Positions 35,151 through 45,979 of a stretch of DNA of 64,000 nt are shown here, piece after piece. Each line of letters begins with the position of its first letter. Within the stretch, counting starts at the first letter, position 1. The notes under the pieces were generated by a model. It saw only the letters and a program-made list of their open reading frames with translations. It had not been told where the DNA came from and did not search any database. The stretch is taken from IMG/VR virus record IMGVR_UViG_3300023179_000009, positions 310,001 to 374,000 of that record, one strand, 5' to 3'. A program made the position numbers and the translations under genes.

Positions 35151-38100
35151 ATGAAAGATCACGGTTGGACTAGGTGCAAAGATCAACTGCCCGAACCGGG
35201 CCAAATCGTTTATTACTTCGGGCCTTACATCGGCATTGGAATCGGCCGATTTGACCCGACGATACAAACTCAATGCTGTCACGAGGATGAAAATGGCCAC
35301 ATTGTTTACGAAGAAATGTCGCAGAAACTTATCGACATGATCAACCACAACAAGTTCATCAACAATAACTTTGGTGTGGTTGATGCTGATGATGCCCCCT
35401 TCTGGCGTGAATACGATGAAAAAGACGCCAAGGGTTGGTGCCCGATTCCTCCCGATTACATCACTCTCGAAGAAAGGTTGGAAAAAGATGCGCAACGATG
35501 AAAAGCCCCAGTTTGATCCTGATAGCGACGATGAGTACGACTATCTGAAGGAAAACTGGGTTCTCGGTGACGAACCTATGACCGAAGCCCAACGCCGAGA
35601 AAATGAAGCGTGGGATGAAGAGTGTCGCCGCAATAAGTGGTGATACTAACTAGGTGGGTGTTATCTTCACTTCACAGGAGTTTCAAATGGATCTTGCAAC
35701 CAGCAGCAATCTGAACGAACTGATCCGAAAGACAATCAAGCAAGAATGCGCTCCGGTAGATGTCCGTGCTCGATTTGTCGAGATGCTCGATGATTCATGG
35801 GCTGAGAATGATTTCCTCCGGACGTTTCATCTTACAGCCTCGACCGTAATCGAGGAATGTGATCCGACGATGTTTCAGCAGGAACTGCTGAACTTCACGG
35901 ACTCGTGCGATGATCTTATCGAGATCGACGAAGAGTATTACGACCGTGAGGCGGTAGAGTCTGTCAAGGCCGAACTGATTCAAGAGATCGAAAGCCTCTA
36001 ATACCAACTAGGAACAAGGTGAGTGAATCACTCACCTTGTTCCTACCTTTATGAAAGGAAGCGATTATGACTTTTGATCGTTGTTGTGAACTTGCCAATG
36101 AAGGTGTTCCAGGTGTGCTGATCGACTTTTGCGGCTATGAAGTGCCGCACAGCATCCACCGGCTCACGAAGAAAGTTCTTCGTCGCCTGAAGCGTGATGG
36201 CATCGTTGTGGTCAACTATGACGATAGTTTCGGTCGAGTTGCTGCCGAGGAACTTGAGGACATCGCCGGTGCGATTGGACTCACGTTCGCCCATGTGAGG
36301 AATCATCAGTTCGTCATCGCTGATGAGGACGGCGGCAAGATCAAGGCCATGGAACTCGAAAGTACCGATCAGGACTTCGAGAACACCTAATACCAACTAG
36401 GGGGGAGGTAACACTCCCCCCTAGTTTTTTTCGAAGGAACATCATGAACCTTTATTCCGCCGCCGATTACCACACAACAAAGTCCATGCACACTCTTTCG
36501 TGGATTTACGCCCACGGTGAAGCCGAAGATTTCATGCGTCATGATGTGCTTTTGACTCCTTATCCGGTGATTCGCCCGGAACCGGGACTGTATAGTGTCA
36601 CACTGCACAATCCTCAAGGTAAAGCCAAACAGGCTTTTATGTTCGTTTGGAAATATCAAGTTTCAGATGTCAGGGGGTTGGTTGTGCTTGGTGATGATCT
36701 CGAATCGGTGGATCACTGTTGTTCAATATTCAGAAAGGCGTTTGTCACTTTGTTTGATACCAACTAGAGCATTGTTCGATCACCCTCACTAAAAGGAATC
36801 AACATGATCAACGAAGCCTTCTTCAGTATCTGCCGGGATGCCAAGCCTGCTGTGAGCGGCTACGTCAGCCTGTATATGAATGTTCCCTACTACGGTGGCC
36901 CAGAGGAGGGCGGTTGGTGGGGCAGCGATACGGTGCTGGTGGCTCATCATCACTGTGGCAACGAAGTCGAAGCCGAGGCGGTCAAAATCAAGGTCGAGGA
37001 ATATGCTCGTGAACTGAGCGATGATGCCCGAAAGGATTTTGGTCGTGCTTGTCTCGCTCAGTGTGAATGGCTTGAAGCAAGGGGGCTCGATAGTGATAGC
37101 CTGCCCGAAGTGGACGGCGAGGTGAGTTACTTTGTGGTAGTTGAGGAAGTTCCGGGCGAACACGCCTCACGGGGTTGTCGTCACTACGAGTGATACCAAC
37201 TAGGCCGCTGTTCCTTCACACCAACCGAAAGGGAAACCATGATCATCAACGGAAAAGTTGAAACGATTGACGATTTCATCGCTATGGTTGATCGGGTAGT
37301 GAGTCGCAAGACTGGCATGAGCGTGCATGATCTTCCTGATTTCGCTTTTTGCGATTATTTCGAGGAAGATATGGATTACGAGGACGCCAAAGAAGCGGCC
37401 CGTGATTGTGCTTGTGAAATATTGGCCGATCTTGGTTTCGATGAAGACGAGTGATACCAACTAGATCGGTGTTCCTTCCCTCTATCTCTTGAAAGGAGAT
37501 TCATATGGATGAGCATGATATGCACATGGAAAGTATCCTGTGGCCGTGGATTGACGACGATTCACTGGATGTTCAGGACTATGACCCGAGTTGCGACCCT
37601 AGCGACGAGGACAACTATGACGATATGGACGGCGATCACGAGAGTGGTCTAGCCTCCGCCGGTTGGGGCACTGACGAAGATTATGGTTGCCATGGAAACG
37701 ACGAGTACTAATACCAACTAGGGGGGGTGTGGATGTGCCACACCCCCCCTAGTCCCTCAAATCCAGGAGAACGACATGAAGTTCGTCACGAAGTTTTTTA
37801 CGGATTGCATCGAGACGGTTGTTCGCAAGGTTCTTGCCGATGAGCAGTTCAAGAGCATGGTTGGCGAATCGGTCAAGACCCAGTTCGACAACCTCGACTA
37901 TGGACGACTCGCAGAAGAACTGCACGAGCGAGACGTTATCAACTACCGAGAACTCGCCAAGCACGTTGATGCTGACGAGATCGCTCAAAATGTCGATACC
38001 GGCGAAATCGAGAACAAGGTAGTCGAGCAGATTGATATGGACAGCGTCACTCAGGGTGTTGTCGATGCCATTGATACCGATGACATCGCAGAGCAGGTCA

Positions 38101-38449
38101 GGGAACATATCGAGATCGACTACAGCGAGATCGAGATCGACTATCAGGCACTTGGCCGTGCGTTGGTCGATCTGGCTGCGACCCGTAGGTAATACCAACT
38201 AGGGGGGAGGTAACACTCCCCCCTAGTTCCTTTTAGGAGTTTCAAATGGATCCGGTAGCAAACAAACTCGAACAAGTTAGCATCGCTCTTGAAATCGCCC
38301 GGATTTGGGACGATTGCAATGCTGATGGAACTCTCACAACCGGCCAAATGGAAGCGGTTGCCGATCTTGCCAATCGTTTGGCCGAGTTGGTAACGGCTCT
38401 TGCCGGGTGGGAGGATTGGAAAAGCCTCAAGTCCACCTACTGCCGGTAA
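35151..38449 (+). other. Array cargo CDS (35151-35501, ~35488-35643, ~35687-36001, 36067-36390, 36444-36767, 36804-37193, 37239-37454, 37505-37711, 37776-38192, 38246-38449)
   Basis: One ORF per motif interval; several are strongly acidic. Confidence 0.78.
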
Positions 38450-38510
38450 TACCAACTAGGGGAGTGTGAGAAAAACAAATCTCACACTCCCCTAGTTTGG
38501 AGGAAACAAC

Positions 38511-38990
38511 ATGAAGGTTCTGTTTCTTGATATCGACGGAGTTCTCAACACCCCAAAAATGCTTGGGCGTTTCGGTTTTGACTTTATTGACACTGTTCTT
38601 GTGGCTCTCGTGGCAAGAATCGTCAAAGAAACCGAGTGCAAAATCGTATTATCGTCAACATGGCGAATTGACGAAAAAGATCGGTTTGTTGCTACCCGTG
38701 AACTATCCGAGCATGGATTGACTATCCATGATTGCACCCCGGTAATTACCCGTAAGCCACCCGACGATCCATCTAATCTTCTTGACGAACTTTGGGAAAC
38801 ATGGAACTGGCCCAAGCGTCACGAAGAAATACAGTTATGGCTTGATCAAAATCCTGTATCTCGATTCGCTATTCTTGATGATCTTCAAGAGGCTTGTATT
38901 GAAGGATCGTTCTTCAAGACCGACGAGAATCGTGGCATAACTGTGGAGATTGCAGAAAAGATCATTCAACATCTGAATGATACCAACTAG
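38511..38990 (+). CDS. HAD-superfamily phosphatase (Swiss-Army-knife RNA-repair type)
   Basis: LFLDIDGVLN, IVLSSTWR, FAILDD. Confidence 0.82.
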   Translation: MKVLFLDIDGVLNTPKMLGRFGFDFIDTVLVALVARIVKETECKIVLSSTWRIDEKDRFVATRELSEHGLTIHDCTPVITRKPPDDPSNLLDELWETWNWPKRHEEIQLWLDQNPVSRFAILDDLQEACIEGSFFKTDENRGITVEIAEKIIQHLNDTN

Positions 38991-39035
38991 TAGCGTGTAG
39001 TCACTGTGGCTACAACACAACCCAAAGAGGAAATC

Positions 39036-39473
39036 ATGATCAACGTCGAAATGACGGTGCGTGAGGCGGTGGAACTGCTGCACAACCTGCCCGAAGGCAA
39101 CACGCTTCGAGAGCGAGTTTTCTCGGTTCTGGAATCGCAGGTAGGCGAGGGCAAGCGAACCCTCACACTCCACAGTTTTCCTGCGGAGCGAAAGATCGCC
39201 TGCATCAAAGCCGTTCGAAACGGTATGCAGTGGGGTCTGAAGGAGTCGAAGGATTGGGTCGAAGTTGTGCAAGGCGAACGGGTCTGCACGAATCCTCATG
39301 CCATCCGCACGGATGACTATTCGTGGAACCGTTGGGATGATAGTGAGCCGTGTTTGCCGCTTGAATACGAGTGGGTGAACGGCAAACCCAACACGCTCAC
39401 GGCTCCGACCGCCACGGTACTCCAGATGGCATCGGAAATGCGGGCTGTCGGTGCGGTGGTCACCACCGCTTGA
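39036..39473 (+). CDS. Protein containing a ribosomal bL12 C-terminal-like domain
   Basis: KIACIKAVRNGMQWGLKESKDWVE matches the KI.VIK.VR...GLKEAK..VE signature. Confidence 0.6.
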   Translation: MINVEMTVREAVELLHNLPEGNTLRERVFSVLESQVGEGKRTLTLHSFPAERKIACIKAVRNGMQWGLKESKDWVEVVQGERVCTNPHAIRTDDYSWNRWDDSEPCLPLEYEWVNGKPNTLTAPTATVLQMASEMRAVGAVVTTA

Positions 39474-39535
39474 TACAAACTAGGGGAGTGTAGGAAACAC
39501 CTACACTCCCCTAGTCTTTTTCTGAAAGGACCACA

Positions 39536-40356
39536 ATGATCATCCTCGATACCGACCTGAGCAACGCTCCGGGTTGCGTTTGCAAGATTCTGAACGAGCG
39601 GGAAACTCGGAGTATCCTAGTCCAAACCGACTATGATGCTCCGGGCGTGGCCCGCACGTTCGGCTGGGATATGACCGAAGTCCAGCCGCAGAACTACGGT
39701 TACTACGGGTTGAAGTGTCATCACCGTGGCACCGATGGCACGATTGACTGCCCCGATTGTGGCGTCAAGGCTGGCACGTTCATTGCAGCCGCCATCGAGT
39801 TTATCGACTCGAATGACGGTGCAACGGCGGAAGATCCGGGGTACTTCGAGTAATACCAACTAGCAGGGTGTGGGAAAAACCTACACCCTGCTAGTCCCTC
39901 TAACAGAAAGGTCGATCATGCGAACGATTCAAGATCTGGCAAAGGAAGCCCTCCAGGTTCAGGACGCCTGCAATCTTTCCGGTGTGGTTCACGGTTTCAG
40001 CCGTGCGATCACCGAGTTGCGGGAAATCCTCCGAACAACCGGCGGAGACCTGTCAACCGATGCGGTAAATACGCATCCCATCTGCAAGATGTGGGCAAGC
40101 AAGATCCACGATTTGACACGAATGGGATTTGGTGACGCTGATAGTTTCAGTGACGCCTTCTACCAGTGTTCAAATCTCTCTGAGGGAAAGACTGCCGCTT
40201 GATACCAACTAGGGGGGAGGTAACACTCCCCCCTAGTTCTTTTTCACGGAGGAAAAGATGTTTCGACGGATTGTAGGACAACTTGCCGATTGGCATTTTT
40301 TGGTTGAAGTTCTTGTTGGTTTCACAATCATGTGGTTCGTTTTGTTGATGTTGTGA
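39536..40356 (+). other. Array cargo CDS (39536-39853, ~39918-40202, 40258-40356 32-aa hydrophobic peptide)
   Basis: Motif-hairpin-RBS-ATG architecture. Confidence 0.7.
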
Positions 40357-40401
40357 TACCAACTAGGTGGATGTTCCAACCACAACCCCGGAGAACTCAC
40401 A

Positions 40402-40950
40402 ATGAGTTACACCGCAGCCCCTGCCTGTCAGTTGTTGGCAACACATTGTTGTTGCTGTGGTCGTCCGCTGGTCGATAGTGTTAGTGTCGAACTGGGCATC
40501 GGCCCGGAATGTCGCAAAGGCGATACTGGTGGTATCGACGCTGCCACCCAGGATGATTGCAACCGGCTTACTCGTTCCGCTGCTGTTGCCGCTCAGAGTG
40601 GTAACGTGGAGCGTGTTCGAGAGATTGCCGAAACAATCGAATCGCTCGGTCTTTCGGAACTGGCAAACAAGATTCGCAAGCGTTTCGTAAACGCCGAAAA
40701 GCGATGCAAAATCACCATCGTTGACAATGGTGATATGCTTATCGTTGAAACTCCTTTCCGTAGGAAAGATTCGAGTGGCTTCATCGAAGCGTGGCGAAAC
40801 ATTCCCGGCAGGCGGTATGACCGCAACCGTAACGCCAACGTGGTTCCTGTGAATCAGAAGCGCCAGTTATGGCAACTTCTGCAACGGTTCTTCCCCGGAG
40901 AGTTTGGCAAAGGGCCACAGGGAATATTCAGAATCCCTGAGGCTGCTTGA
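40402..40950 (+). CDS. DUF6011-like Zn-finger protein
   Basis: CCCCGRPLVDSVSVELGIGPEC. Confidence 0.6.
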   Translation: MSYTAAPACQLLATHCCCCGRPLVDSVSVELGIGPECRKGDTGGIDAATQDDCNRLTRSAAVAAQSGNVERVREIAETIESLGLSELANKIRKRFVNAEKRCKITIVDNGDMLIVETPFRRKDSSGFIEAWRNIPGRRYDRNRNANVVPVNQKRQLWQLLQRFFPGEFGKGPQGIFRIPEAA

Positions 40951-41001
40951 TACCAACTAGGTGAGCGTGAGGGTTGTTCCTCACGCTCACCTAGTCCTTT
41001 T

Positions 41002-41603
41002 ATGAAAGGGTTTATCGTGGCAACCAAAGTCAAAGTCACAAATCGAATCAAGCGGCAGATCCAGGCCGAGGCTCTCCGGGCATTGCACGACCGGGGACAC
41101 TTCACCGCCGCCGAGCGGCACGCCGGAATCGAGGCTGACCGCTGCATGTGTGGCGGTTTCGTGTGGGGCACGAATCTGCTCTGCAACGAGTGTGTGATGG
41201 AACTCGCCCGCAAGCAAAAGTAATACCAACTAGGGGAGTGTAGGAATCACCTACACTCCCCTAGTCTTTCAAAGAAAGGTTGACCATGCGAAAGATCGAA
41301 AAGAAAATGATCGAGGCGATTCAGAATCGCAAGGACATGAGCCTCAACAACACCGTGGTCAAGCACGGTACAGCCACCAGCGTTGTGTTTCTCCACAATC
41401 ATCCCATTTGCATTTTCATGTGGGCTGATAATGCGGTGGCTGTCAGCAATTGTGGCTGGTCAACGAACACCACCAAAAGCCGCCTGAATGCGGTTTTGGG
41501 TTCGTTTTGTGATACGGGGATTCACCAGCACAAGCATGTCTGGTACATGGGCAAGGAAGAGTTCCGCAACGGAACTCGTGTCCCGATGAAGCAGATCGCC
41601 TGA
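41002..41603 (+). other. Array cargo CDS (41002-41223; 41280-41603)
   Basis: Motif-hairpin-RBS architecture. Confidence 0.75.
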
Positions 41604-41667
41604 TACCAACTAGGGGAGTGTAGGAATCACCTACACTCCCCTAGTTCTTTTTCCAGAAAGGGAAAAC

Positions 41668-42129
41668 ATGAAACTCATCCTGATGCGTGGCGTGAGCGGC
41701 AGCGGCAAAAGCACGCTGGCCGAAAAGATTTGCAGCGAACAGGAATTTGCTGTAATTGTTTCAACCGATCACTATTTCATGGTCGATGGTGAATACCGAT
41801 TCGACCCGAAGCGTCTCGGTGAGTATCACTCCGCTAACGTGAACCGAACCGAACAGTTCATGGTTGAACGGTGTGCGTGTATCATCGTGGACAACACGAA
41901 CACACAAGCGTGGGAAATGAAACCCTACGTCGAGTTGGCCATGAAGCACGGCTACGCTATCGAAATCCATCAGCCCGATCCGGTCAGTTTCGAGGAACTG
42001 ATGCAGCGGCAGGCAAACCGGGCCGACAGCAACAAGGCTCTGCCCGCCGAAGTGGTAAAGCGGATGCTCGACCGATTCGAGCACGATGTGACAGTGGCAA
42101 AGATTCTCCAATCGAAGCGACCCTTCTGA
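41668..42129 (+). CDS. P-loop kinase, AAA_33 / polynucleotide-kinase (N4BP2-like) family
   Basis: LILMRGVSGSGKSTLA, VSTDHYF, IIVDNTN...EMKPY. Confidence 0.82.
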   Translation: MKLILMRGVSGSGKSTLAEKICSEQEFAVIVSTDHYFMVDGEYRFDPKRLGEYHSANVNRTEQFMVERCACIIVDNTNTQAWEMKPYVELAMKHGYAIEIHQPDPVSFEELMQRQANRADSNKALPAEVVKRMLDRFEHDVTVAKILQSKRPF

Positions 42130-42186
42130 TACCAACTAGAAGGAGTGTGATAAGCACTCCCCCTAGTTCTTTTTCCAGAAAGGAAC

Positions 42187-43286
42187 ATGATGGATCACGA
42201 ACAGGCCATGCGGAATGCCATGAAGCGTGTGATGACGTTCATGGATAGCCTCTCGCCGGGGAACAGTCCCCGTGCCACAACAACTGACAGCCCGATGATT
42301 CACTTCAATGGCTGGAATCGGTGGTGTGTCAAGTTCGACACACACAGCGGTAAAAACTATCACGCATTTGGTTCTACGCTCGTCGAAGCGTTCAATCGGT
42401 TGGTCGATGAACCAACCGTGTCTGATACCAACTAGACCAGTGTTCCCTTCCCCTCTTCAAAGGAGTCTGCCATGCAGATCAATTTCCTCGGTGAGAACTA
42501 CAACGTCGAGCCGGTTGCCATGCGATACACAGACGGCAATCTGGCAATTCAAGTTCTGCGTGCCGATGGGCCTTTCGGTATGCTCTCGACCAATGTCGAG
42601 GGTGTGCAACTCGCCCCGAACGAGTTCTGCGTGAAAACGTGGAGCGAGAACGATCCGTGGGCATTGGATCTTATCCGCCAGTGTCCGCAGTTCGAGAACA
42701 CTGGACGCACGTTCCGTAGCGGGTTCGTCAGCGGCCCGATCTACCGGATGGTTGGTTGATACCAACTAGATCGATACCGAACTACGGCCCTCGTCGTTCA
42801 AGACAGAAAGGACGCTGTAGTGTCATGCCAAAGCGGTGGCCACCGCACGGCAATCGTTGCCAAAGTACACGGCAACGATCAGCACACTACGGAAATGCGG
42901 GTGCGATACCCGCCGGGGTCAGCATACACTGTAGGCCAAAAGCCGAACAACGAGGCGTCTATCCCACGCCTACAACCCCGAAAGGGGAGAGAGTGTATGG
43001 GGTCTAATACCAACTAGGGGGACATGGGGAGACAACCCATGTCCCCCTAGTTCTTTTATGAAAGGCAAACATGGTTCCACGAGAAATGTATCGGTGGGAA
43101 TATTTCCATGCGATGGGCAACAACTGCCGATTGCATGGAATGTCATCTCACGATGCCCAAACCGTGATCGATAAGGCCGCTGGTTTCGGCAACGATTTCG
43201 AAAACTTCTGGACAGGATTTCTGTACGGCAGAAGTGATCAAATCGCTTCTTTGCCAAGCAAAGATTCCGTGGTCTGGGTTTTTTAG
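42187..43286 (+). other. Array cargo CDS (42187-42435; 42472-42759 DUF4313-like; 43071-43286)
   Basis: 42472 has LAIQ...PFGMLSTN...FCVKTWSEN. Confidence 0.65.
42770..43005 (+). ncRNA. Candidate structured non-coding RNA cassette
   Basis: No RBS-supported ORF; many nested stems (see findings). Confidence 0.5.
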
Positions 43287-43385
43287 TCTGTCACATTTCG
43301 ACAGGCCGTGCGTAATACCAACTAGAACGGTATCGAGAATGGCTCTCGACGCCCACAACCCTCCTGTCCAGAAAGGACAACTGTC

Positions 43386-43700
43386 ATGAAGTTCATCCTC
43401 AATGCGTTTTCTCTAAACATGATCGGCACATTTCCGGCGACCATCACGGTCGAGGAAGTCTCGACCCACGAAGCCTGTGTCGAGGCTCACGGTGTCACCA
43501 GTGGCGTCGGCCACCCCGATACGGCGGCGGTGTTCGCTTCGATTCTCGGTACGCCCGTTCCGATGAATCGTGCAACCGTCAGTCTCGTGTCTGGTGATCG
43601 TGTGCTGGTGGGCCAATACAGTGGCCCTCGTCTGCCCGAGGGTGCAACTACGCTGCCCGAGGGTGCCACGATCAAGTGGCTCGTCGTCTCTGTCAACTGA
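43386..43700 (+). CDS. acrIII-1: DUF1874 / AcrIII-1 cyclic-oligoadenylate ring nuclease homologue (anti-CRISPR type III)
   Basis: ILNAFSLNMI...SGVGHPDTA...PMNR...LVGQYSGPRLPEG: GH, NR and RLPEG signature of the STIV B116/SIRV1 gp29 family. Confidence 0.8.
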   Translation: MKFILNAFSLNMIGTFPATITVEEVSTHEACVEAHGVTSGVGHPDTAAVFASILGTPVPMNRATVSLVSGDRVLVGQYSGPRLPEGATTLPEGATIKWLVVSVN

Positions 43701-43771
43701 TACCAACTAGCAGGGTGTGGTGATGAGCCACACCCTGCTAGTCCTTCAACCCCCAACCCTGAAAGGCAATC

Positions 43772-44149
43772 ATGCCCTACACCGCTTGCGTCCTCGAAGA
43801 GTCATCCCGCACCACGCTCGTGGAGTGGATGTATTCCAATCACGAAGTGCCCGAGCACTTCGAAATCGTCGGCCACCACTGCACCGTCGATCTGAAGCCC
43901 ATCGCCAAAAGCATGGGCTGCGATCTGGATGGCCAGCGACACGAAATGCGTGTCGTTCGTTTCGGTCGTCTCGACGGCATCATGGCTGTCGAAGTCGAGA
44001 CGGTTGTTCCCAGCAAGAACGACCGCAAGCACATCACCTTGTGCTACGACAAGCCGAATGGCTGGAAACCGAAGCAGTCGAACGACATCGTGGAATGGAC
44101 TGACATCGAACCGTTCGTTCTGCACGGTGTCGTGAAGGAATGTGCGTGA
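43772..44149 (+). CDS. 2H phosphoesterase (RNA-repair type)
   Basis: Two HxT-like motifs: HHCTV and HITL. Confidence 0.7.
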   Translation: MPYTACVLEESSRTTLVEWMYSNHEVPEHFEIVGHHCTVDLKPIAKSMGCDLDGQRHEMRVVRFGRLDGIMAVEVETVVPSKNDRKHITLCYDKPNGWKPKQSNDIVEWTDIEPFVLHGVVKECA

Positions 44150-44212
44150 TACCAACTAGGGGGATGTGATGAAAGTCACATCCCACCTTTCCTTTTCACA
44201 AAAAGGCCGATC

Positions 44213-45325
44213 ATGAACACTGATTTTCAAATGATGGTCGAGGCGCAGGTGGGTGACAAAACGGTCACCGTTTATTGCGAAACCCATGCAGAAGCGTGGG
44301 CTGCGGAAAATGCCATCCGCAACATGGCACGACAGTTCGGCTTGCAAGTGGGCACGGTGACAATCACCGTCAACGACACACCACGGTGGCGAGTCGATAC
44401 AATCTGGCTCAATCCTCCATACAGTGTTGTGCAGGATCAGTGATACCAACTAGGGGGGTGTGAACAACACCCCCCTCTTCTCTTGAAAGGAGAACGACGA
44501 TGGAAAACGAAGGCCAGATGCGAAGTAGGACATGCACGTTCGTCAACAGAACGTACATGTTCGAACACATCGAAGAGGCACTGATGTTTGCTCCTCCGGA
44601 GCAGACGATCAGCATCGAGATTCTGCCAGATGGACGCTACAGTGTTACCGAAACGTGGCGGGATGCGGAGCCTGCCGACCGCAGACGGTTCGCCAGCATC
44701 TGCAATCGTGGCGGTAACTGATACCAACTAGGGGGACACGGGGAACAACCGTGTCCCCCTAGTTCCGTTTTCCCTCAAACCAGAGAGGCCATCATGACGA
44801 TCAAAGTTCAGATTCCGGGCCGAGTCACAGCCTCTGCCCTTGTCGAGTCCGGACTCGACGCTTCTAGCAACGGAGTGCTGACATTCCACGCTTTCAGCGA
44901 CGCCATGAAAGCGAGGGTGTTGGAACTGATTGCCGCAGGGCAACACGTGGTGGTCAAGGCCACCACCGAAGTGCCCCGAACCGGCGATTGGTTCGAGCCA
45001 GCACAGTGATACCAACTAGGTGGACACGAGGACACAACTCGTGTCCCCCTAGTTTCGTTTCTCCTAACCCCGGAGTTTTTCCATGAACGATACAATCAAA
45101 TGGCGAAACTTGCCCGCCCGCATGACCCCGAAGGTCGATCCCTCGTTCGATGAACTGTGTCGTGCGATGAAGAATCGTACACAGATCACGGTCATCGGAG
45201 CATGGGGCCATCCCATCACTGGCCTCGTCAACAAAATCGAGGCAGAGGGTGGTAGCGGTCGATGCTGGAACGTGACGATCAGTCACGGCATCCACACCAG
45301 CACGATCTTCGTCCGCACGGCGTGA
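44213..45325 (+). other. Array cargo CDS (44213-44443, 44500-44721, 44794-45009, 45083-45325)
   Basis: Each ends exactly on the TGA of a motif copy. Confidence 0.78.
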
Positions 45326-45393
45326 TACCAACTAGGGGGACACAGGACACAAGCCTGTGTCCCCCTAGGTTCGTTTCCACCCCGGAGGATCAC

Positions 45394-45945
45394 ATGATCC
45401 ACATCGCTAGTTTCGTTCGGCGTCAAACCGCCGACAGTCGGTTCAGCCACTGGACGCTGGACGACAATGCTCTCGTCCAAAGGATCGAAGCCGGTCTGCC
45501 CAATGCCAAACCCGGATACCGGGATGGCGTGGTGCTCGTGCCGGTCGATCCCGATGGCTTCTTCAGTGCCACGGTCACGCTGACCAACGGCCAAAAGCTG
45601 GTGGGCGAGTTCGCCAGCCGTCGCACCGGCGAAGAGCCTCGTAAGAGTCTCGCCGCCATCGGCCAGAAGCAGCCCGCCGGTACGGTGTGGGTCGTGCTCT
45701 ACGCCCACCACGTTCTCGCTGAGAAAAACGAGAACGAGACCGATGCCGACTGGGAAGTGGTCAGCGTCAACGCCAGCCCGAGCGTGGACGCTGAACCGGC
45801 TCCCATGCCGCCGGAAACGCTGATCGCCAACCACTTCGAGTTGGATGGCGGGACGGCGACGAAGATGAGCGACAGTGACTTCGTCGCATCGCTCAAGGCC
45901 AGCGTCCTCTACTGGAAGGACAAGGCACAGGTTCAGCCTGAGTGA
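45394..45945 (+). CDS. DUF3228-like protein
   Basis: FVRRQT, KPGYRDGVVLVPV, RRTGEEP, VVLYAHHVLAE, DWEVVSVNA, PM.PET, GGT. Confidence 0.7.
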   Translation: MIHIASFVRRQTADSRFSHWTLDDNALVQRIEAGLPNAKPGYRDGVVLVPVDPDGFFSATVTLTNGQKLVGEFASRRTGEEPRKSLAAIGQKQPAGTVWVVLYAHHVLAEKNENETDADWEVVSVNASPSVDAEPAPMPPETLIANHFELDGGTATKMSDSDFVASLKASVLYWKDKAQVQPE

Positions 45946-45979
45946 TACCAACTAGAACAGTGTCGAGGGGGATGGCAAC

